From an uncultured archaeon (GTDB lineage Archaea > Thermoplasmatota > Thermoplasmata > Thermoplasmatales > Thermoplasmataceae): 64,000 nt of DNA. Position 1 is the first letter of the stretch; each line of letters starts with the position of its first letter. Below, piece after piece: positions 58,840 to 64,000 of this stretch. Location of the stretch: NCBI GenBank assembly GCA_000965745.1, contig CP009479.1:1664001-1728000 (forward strand), written 5' to 3'. Both the position numbers and the translations under genes were made by a program. The notes beneath the pieces are model-generated. The model saw only the letters and a list, made by a program, of their open reading frames with translations, did no database searches and had not been told where the DNA came from.

Positions 58840-60075
58840 CTACGGCCTCCTTTTCTTCATGTAATAATAAGAGGAACCTCCTGCCACTGCAGCAACAGGG
58901 ACGGCCATGACTGCGATGGATGTGGGCTGTCCAAGGCCAAGGATGTTTAATCCCTGACTGCCGACATATATTGTCATGTTGTAATATGCAGTTCCATTGC
59001 TTCCCGCTGCCTTGAGCTCAATGTTGTTATTTCCGTCACTGACTGCAACATCAGTGATCTGGGAAGATGAGACTTCTTTGCCATTCAGGTACCAGGTGTA
59101 TGAATAATTCCCGAATCCCACACCATCGGGGTATGAGGATATAAGCTTAATATCTGCAGCCTTTGAAACTGAAACATGAGTCTTATTCAGAACTTCAGAA
59201 CCAGCAAGGCCCGTAATGTGGACAGTTTTCTGTGAAGAGATCGTCGGCATATGAATGTAGATAGCGGAAACGTTCTTTCCGTGCAGTGTGAGCATACCGA
59301 AGAAGCTGATGTTCTGGTCTGTGCCTGGATAATATGTCCAAATAGCAGCAGGATCGGTCTGCACGACCTGTCCGTTGCCAATGTAGAGCATTGCATGGCC
59401 ATTTCCGACGCCTCCATCAGCTATTACATCACCGGGGGAGATTATGTATTGCGGAAGAATGCTGTCATTTGTCACATAGAAAACCGAAGCGTGGGGGGAA
59501 CCCGTGTAATTGCCGGATGTACCGTTAAAGCCGGGAATGGGCTGGTACATCATTATCTTCTCCTGTGTTGCATTATTTGGAAATACCGGGAGGTCGTATC
59601 CTGCAAGATAGTCTGCAAGCCTGTAGACACCAACTATTCCGTAGCTTCCCGGGAAACCGGACTGGTATGTGCTCAGGTTGTCCCCGGGCGGATTGGAAGC
59701 CAGTGCAGTAAGCCCACCTGCAATAAGGGCTTCAGAGACAAAATGCGCACAGTCCTCCGAATTAAAATAATCCATGTTGTTTTGCATTATCGACTGGTTG
59801 ATTCCTGCAGGGTAATTGATGTTGTGAAAATAGCCCTTATGGACCATTTCAGCATAATTTACAGCAGCTGAAGTGTTGTAGTAATATCCCTGATAATAGT
59901 AACTGTTGCTGTTTGACAGTGAATAAGTGGATGCAATCGGTGCAGTTTTATTCCCCTGATAGTGCACAACGGCAAATGAAAAGACCAGCACGAGGCAGAG
60001 CATGGCGGTAATGGAAACTGTTATTGTGACGGGAATCCTGTTTATGGAACCGGTAGAAGCACTCCGGAACTTCAT
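58840..60075 (-). CDS. Membrane-anchored extracellular putative amidase (Amidase_6 / NlpC-P60-CHAP-like Cys-His hydrolase)
   Basis: N-terminal signal/TM; YNTSAAVNYA; DCAHFVSEALIAGG (catalytic Cys); PGDVI...GHAMLY (His); Ig/PKD-like domain; C-terminal TM and KKRRP; start ATG 60075. Confidence 0.7.
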   Translation of the reverse strand: MKFRSASTGSINRIPVTITVSITAMLCLVLVFSFAVVHYQGNKTAPIASTYSLSNSNSYYYQGYYYNTSAAVNYAEMVHKGYFHNINYPAGINQSIMQNNMDYFNSEDCAHFVSEALIAGGLTALASNPPGDNLSTYQSGFPGSYGIVGVYRLADYLAGYDLPVFPNNATQEKIMMYQPIPGFNGTSGNYTGSPHASVFYVTNDSILPQYIISPGDVIADGGVGNGHAMLYIGNGQVVQTDPAAIWTYYPGTDQNISFFGMLTLHGKNVSAIYIHMPTISSQKTVHITGLAGSEVLNKTHVSVSKAADIKLISSYPDGVGFGNYSYTWYLNGKEVSSSQITDVAVSDGNNNIELKAAGSNGTAYYNMTIYVGSQGLNILGLGQPTSIAVMAVPVAAVAGGSSYYYMKKRRP

Positions 60076-60270
60076 AGCGCATTGATCACTGTAAATATAT
60101 TTAGAACTTGCCACCGCGATGGGTTCACAATAAAATAATGGCTTGGATGAGACGAGCACAGGAAAGACCGAACTTAATGTGGAATGTTATCTTATGTGGC
60201 GAACACCTGCCTCTTGATACCAGCGGAAGTTCAAGGCAAGTAATATATAATAACTTATTTTAAGCCAACA

Positions 60271-61671
60271 ATGAGGGCGGGGCAGTTCATTCAGTGCGGC
60301 ATCAGGGGTTTTGAAAGAGAAGAAAGTCTAAGGCACATTTCGAGACTTCTGCCTGCATCCATTTCACTATTCAGGGGAGATTACAGGGATGAGGAAGACC
60401 TTCAGGCCCTCATCAGGCAGATAAACAGAATCTACAAAGTGGACAATGCCACTCCCGAGCCGTATATTGCAATCGACCAGGAAGGGGGAAACGTCGTAAG
60501 GCTACCCTGGCTAAACTACAGCCCCGGAAATTACCTCCTGGGAAGATTGGACAACACCAACCTTACAAAATTCGCTGGCATGCTGGCCGGTTATGACCTT
60601 TATTCCAGGGGGATCAGGTGGAATCTTGCCCCTGTTCTCGACGTACTTAACTCATACAACCCAGTGCTTCTGGAAAGAAGCTTCGGGGAGGACATCGACC
60701 TCATTGCAAGGCACGGTGAAGCTTATATCAGGGGACTCCAAAGCTATGGTGTGGGTGGGACGGCAAAACATTTCCCGGGGCATGGTGGAGTTCTCGAGGA
60801 CTCCCATTTAGAACTCCCCAAGGACAGGAGACCTCTCAGCAGCATAATGAATGATGCTTACCCGTTCAGGAAGGCCATAGAGGCAGGAGTGAAATCAGTG
60901 ATGATGTCTCATGTTCTTTATGAATCATTAGACCCTGATTTTCCCGCTTCCCTTTCCCCTAAAATATATGATCTGGCCAGGAATGAGTTCGGCTTTAGAG
61001 GATTGATTGTTACGGATTCGGTTGATATGCTGGCAATAAAGGATAATTTTTCACCCCAGGAGATCGTAAAATATTCGCTTGGAAATGGTGCAGACCTGCT
61101 TGAATGTGCTGACCTCGGCACTTCACTTGAGCTGTCCGGGCATGTTCTCAGTGTAGACAGCGAGAAGCTGAAAAGGAAAGTTGAACATATAGCAGGTTTC
61201 CCCCCAAAACCGACACTTAGTTTCAAGCCGCCGGAGGTAATAATGACCTCACTATCAGTATTGTCGAATGAATTTATCAGGGGCGTGCCACTGGACCCAT
61301 CCGAACCTGTAAAGATCTTCTTCCTTGACACGAATCCTGACAGCAACGTAGCAGAGCCTTTCTCTTCCTTTGAATTCATAATGAAACAGCTTGGGGATTT
61401 GCACATGGATATTGACATTGGAAACTCAAAGGATTTTGAGGGCTTCAACGGAAAGGAGCAGCAGATGATACTCGTGGGCAGGAATGAGCACATGAAGGAT
61501 AGAATCCAGGATATCAGGGAAAAAACTGCAGAAAACAGCGCTGTATACATTTCAACTAGTATCTCCAAGGATACCGGAACTGTACCGGATACAATTGGGT
61601 ACATCGCCGCTTTTTCCACAAAGGGATATAGCATCTTAGGGGCTATTTACAAGGCTATGGGCCTGATGTGA
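60271..61671 (+). CDS. nagZ: GH3 beta-N-acetylglucosaminidase
   Basis: IDQEGGNVVR, NLAPVLDV, RSFG, NagZ-diagnostic KHFPGHGxxxxDSH, VMMSH, nucleophile TDSVDM. Confidence 0.9.
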   Translation: MRAGQFIQCGIRGFEREESLRHISRLLPASISLFRGDYRDEEDLQALIRQINRIYKVDNATPEPYIAIDQEGGNVVRLPWLNYSPGNYLLGRLDNTNLTKFAGMLAGYDLYSRGIRWNLAPVLDVLNSYNPVLLERSFGEDIDLIARHGEAYIRGLQSYGVGGTAKHFPGHGGVLEDSHLELPKDRRPLSSIMNDAYPFRKAIEAGVKSVMMSHVLYESLDPDFPASLSPKIYDLARNEFGFRGLIVTDSVDMLAIKDNFSPQEIVKYSLGNGADLLECADLGTSLELSGHVLSVDSEKLKRKVEHIAGFPPKPTLSFKPPEVIMTSLSVLSNEFIRGVPLDPSEPVKIFFLDTNPDSNVAEPFSSFEFIMKQLGDLHMDIDIGNSKDFEGFNGKEQQMILVGRNEHMKDRIQDIREKTAENSAVYISTSISKDTGTVPDTIGYIAAFSTKGYSILGAIYKAMGLM

Positions 61672-61683
61672 AGTCCGGAGCGA

Positions 61684-62775
61684 TCAATAAATTAGATGAT
61701 TTGACCTGATCTCGAGAAATTCATTGAGATCATCGGCCCATCCTTCCACAAGTTCCGCGAACGGGGCATCTCTCCCCCTTGCCTCCAGAAGGCGGTTCGA
61801 GCCGTACAGGAGGCGGATCCAGTCCTCTCTCAGTTCACATTTTTCCGATTCAAGAAGGTCGTACAGTATTCCTGCCCATACTGAAAGGGGATCATAATCC
61901 CGCCTGTCTGTTATGTGGATGTAATATCCCTGGACCCTTCTCCCCTTTAATGGGCCAAGCAGGGGCGTGAATTCGGTCTCTCTCATCATTATTCCCGGGA
62001 ACTCGGTTTTTATCAACGACCACAGTCCGGGAAAACCAACAATGGAGAACGGATGGGGAGTACCACGGCCCAGGCTGGCATTAATACTTTCAAGTAGGCA
62101 CATTCCCGAATAATTGATAACTGAATCCACAGTCGGAAGGTTCCATGAAATCGGAATGTACGAGGGAACAAGTTCATCATAGTACGCCTTTCGTTTATAC
62201 CCGGTCATCCTGATTATTGTGGGTTCGGCCCCAATATTCCGGTCAAACAGGTGAGCCAGCTCACCGATGGTCATGCCGTATCTCACGGGAATTGTGTCGA
62301 TGCCGACGAAAGACCCGTACTTAGGCTCTAACATGGGCCCACTGACGGTGTTGGAATTCAATGGATTCGGCCTGTCAAGAAGCATAAAGCTTGTTGACTT
62401 CTTCTTTGCTGCTTCCATCACTCTGTAAAGCGTGGAGAGGTATGTATAAAAGCGGACTCCTGCGTCCTGCACATCAAAAATCAGTGTATCAATATCGTCG
62501 AGCTCAGAAACGTCCATTTCCTTTGAATCCTCCTTGTAAAGCGATCTCACCGGTATTCCATGGTAATCTTCATCGGGAACGTTCTCGCCATTTGCAAAAG
62601 TGCTGTAGAATCCATGTTCAGGAGAAAATATCTTGACAATATTGGCCCCATTTCTTCGAAGGTAGTCAACGTTCTGGACAAGGCCAAGGGTGACACCTGT
62701 TATGTTTGTGACCATGCCAATCCTGCCACTGTCCCTTGCCGGATGAAAATTCTCCAGGCCGAATCTGAAACTCAT
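61684..62775 (-). CDS. namZ: Exo-beta-N-acetylmuramidase (DUF1343 / GH171)
   Basis: GMVTNITG, FSPEHG, FDVQDAGVRFYTY, LDRPNP, RYGMTIGELA, GRGTPHPF. Confidence 0.9.
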   Translation of the reverse strand: MSFRFGLENFHPARDSGRIGMVTNITGVTLGLVQNVDYLRRNGANIVKIFSPEHGFYSTFANGENVPDEDYHGIPVRSLYKEDSKEMDVSELDDIDTLIFDVQDAGVRFYTYLSTLYRVMEAAKKKSTSFMLLDRPNPLNSNTVSGPMLEPKYGSFVGIDTIPVRYGMTIGELAHLFDRNIGAEPTIIRMTGYKRKAYYDELVPSYIPISWNLPTVDSVINYSGMCLLESINASLGRGTPHPFSIVGFPGLWSLIKTEFPGIMMRETEFTPLLGPLKGRRVQGYYIHITDRRDYDPLSVWAGILYDLLESEKCELREDWIRLLYGSNRLLEARGRDAPFAELVEGWADDLNEFLEIRSNHLIY

Positions 62776-62922
62776 TGGGCACTCACAGAGCGTAAATGGA
62801 TATTAAGTCAGTCCTGCGTGGTTCTTATCAGTACGGTCTGAATAACCTCTCTTTTTGCACCAGTAATACTAGACATTGTTTATTTAGGCTGAACAATTGA
62901 TCCAATCAGGGGTGCCTGCTCT

Positions 62923-64000
62923 ACGAACACATCTGTAAAATTCGGTTCGCTTGTTTCAGAGGGAAAAAAACGGGGAAAAGGTTTTCTCAACATTAAAGAC
63001 GGAATTATAGTGTCCATCACTTCTTCCCCCAGGGAAGGCTTCGAAATTGAGGACTATTCAGAAAATACCGTAGTCCCGGGGCTCATAGACATTCATACCC
63101 ATGGTTACAGGGGTACCGATTCAATGGGCTCGGATTTGAATTCCATATTGAAGTGGGCATCAGACATAACTTCTCACGGAGTGACTGGTATACTTCCTAC
63201 TTCTGTATCTGCCAGCCACAGGAATGTTGTTCACTTTCTTGATCGGATAAGTGATGTAATCGAGGAATCCAACCATAATCACGGGGCCGAAATACTGGGG
63301 TCCAGGCTTGAAGGCCCATACATAAACAGAATCAAGGCTGGTGCCCACAGGAGGGAATATATACGAACTCCAAGCGAATTCGAGATCAATGATATTTCCA
63401 GCTTTCATTCAGCCAACCTGAAGATAGTTGACCTCGCACCTGAGATTTCAGGCGCAACGGAAGCAATGAAGAAACTGGTCAGGAAGGGAATTATTATTTC
63501 AGCCGGCCACACAAACGCCAATTTCGAACAGGCAAAATCATTCTTTTCAAGCGGAGTAAGGCTGCTGACCCACTTCTACAACGCAATGTCCGGCTTTCAT
63601 CACAGGGACGTTGGGATGGTAGGCGCCGGCCTTCTGCTTCCGAACTTCAGCCTCGAACTGATTTCTGATTTCAAACACACCGCCCCGGAGGCGATAGACA
63701 TCGCCGTAAAAAACAAAACCTGGAGAAACATAATACTCATTACAGATTCTATGTCCGCCACCGACCTGGGTGACGGGAATTACAAACTTGGAGACCTTGA
63801 AGCGGAGGTGGTGGATGCAACCTGCTACATCAAGGGTACGAGGACACTTGCGGGAAGCACACTCACACTGGACAAGGGAATAAAGAACCTGTTTGAGCAT
63901 GGTTACGACCTGAGTGAAGTAATCGGATCAGCCACGAAGAATCCCGCAGAGCTTCTGGGCCTGAATGACAGGGGAGTCCTTGAACCCGGTTATCGGGGTG
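62923..64000 (+). CDS. nagA: N-acetylglucosamine-6-phosphate deacetylase (3'-truncated by the window; absent from the ORF track)
   Basis: PGLIDIHTHG, LEGPYIN..KAGAH, LAPE, GHTNA, THFYNAM, ITDSM, LAGSTLTLD, NPAELLG; likely start ACG 62923 after AGGGGTG (first canonical start is GTG 63010). Confidence 0.92.

Noticed and set aside
60918-61634. 238-aa antisense ORF and the many other shadow ORFs in the track
   Set aside because: They lie antisense or out of frame to well-supported genes such as nagZ and have no family motifs

Overview
Archaeal chromosomal DNA, very probably from a Thermoplasmatales acidophile. This is inferred from a thermopsin-like protease, a rusticyanin-like protein, archaeal GTP-PEPCK, GGTGA/GAGGTG ribosome-binding sites, and TATA boxes about 24 nt before leaderless ATGs. 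There are about 55 protein genes. I saw no rRNA, tRNA or CRISPR array. The content is mostly catabolic and cell-surface: an aromatic-degradation remnant, cytochrome bd, thermopsin plus a protease-less paralog, glycosylation genes, sulfolactate sulfo-lyase SuyAB with a GntR regulator, and a UvrD-nuclease fusion. The most striking feature is at the right end (51-64 kb). It is a cluster resembling a bacterial-peptidoglycan scavenging system in a lineage that makes no peptidoglycan: membrane-anchored Cys-His amidase-like protein, NagZ, NamZ, NagA, DUF218, an M20 peptidase and an Opp/Dpp ABC importer. Other observations: (1) two gene-less IS200/IS605 miniature elements inserted after TTTAA that keep the TnpB omegaRNA end; (2) five genes that appear to start at CTG, ATT or ACG; (3) an exact 100-bp duplicated promoter and 5' end; (4) two small ORFs missed by the track, one with an in-frame TGA at a CxxC position. 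All family assignments come from motif recognition by eye. No database searches were run.
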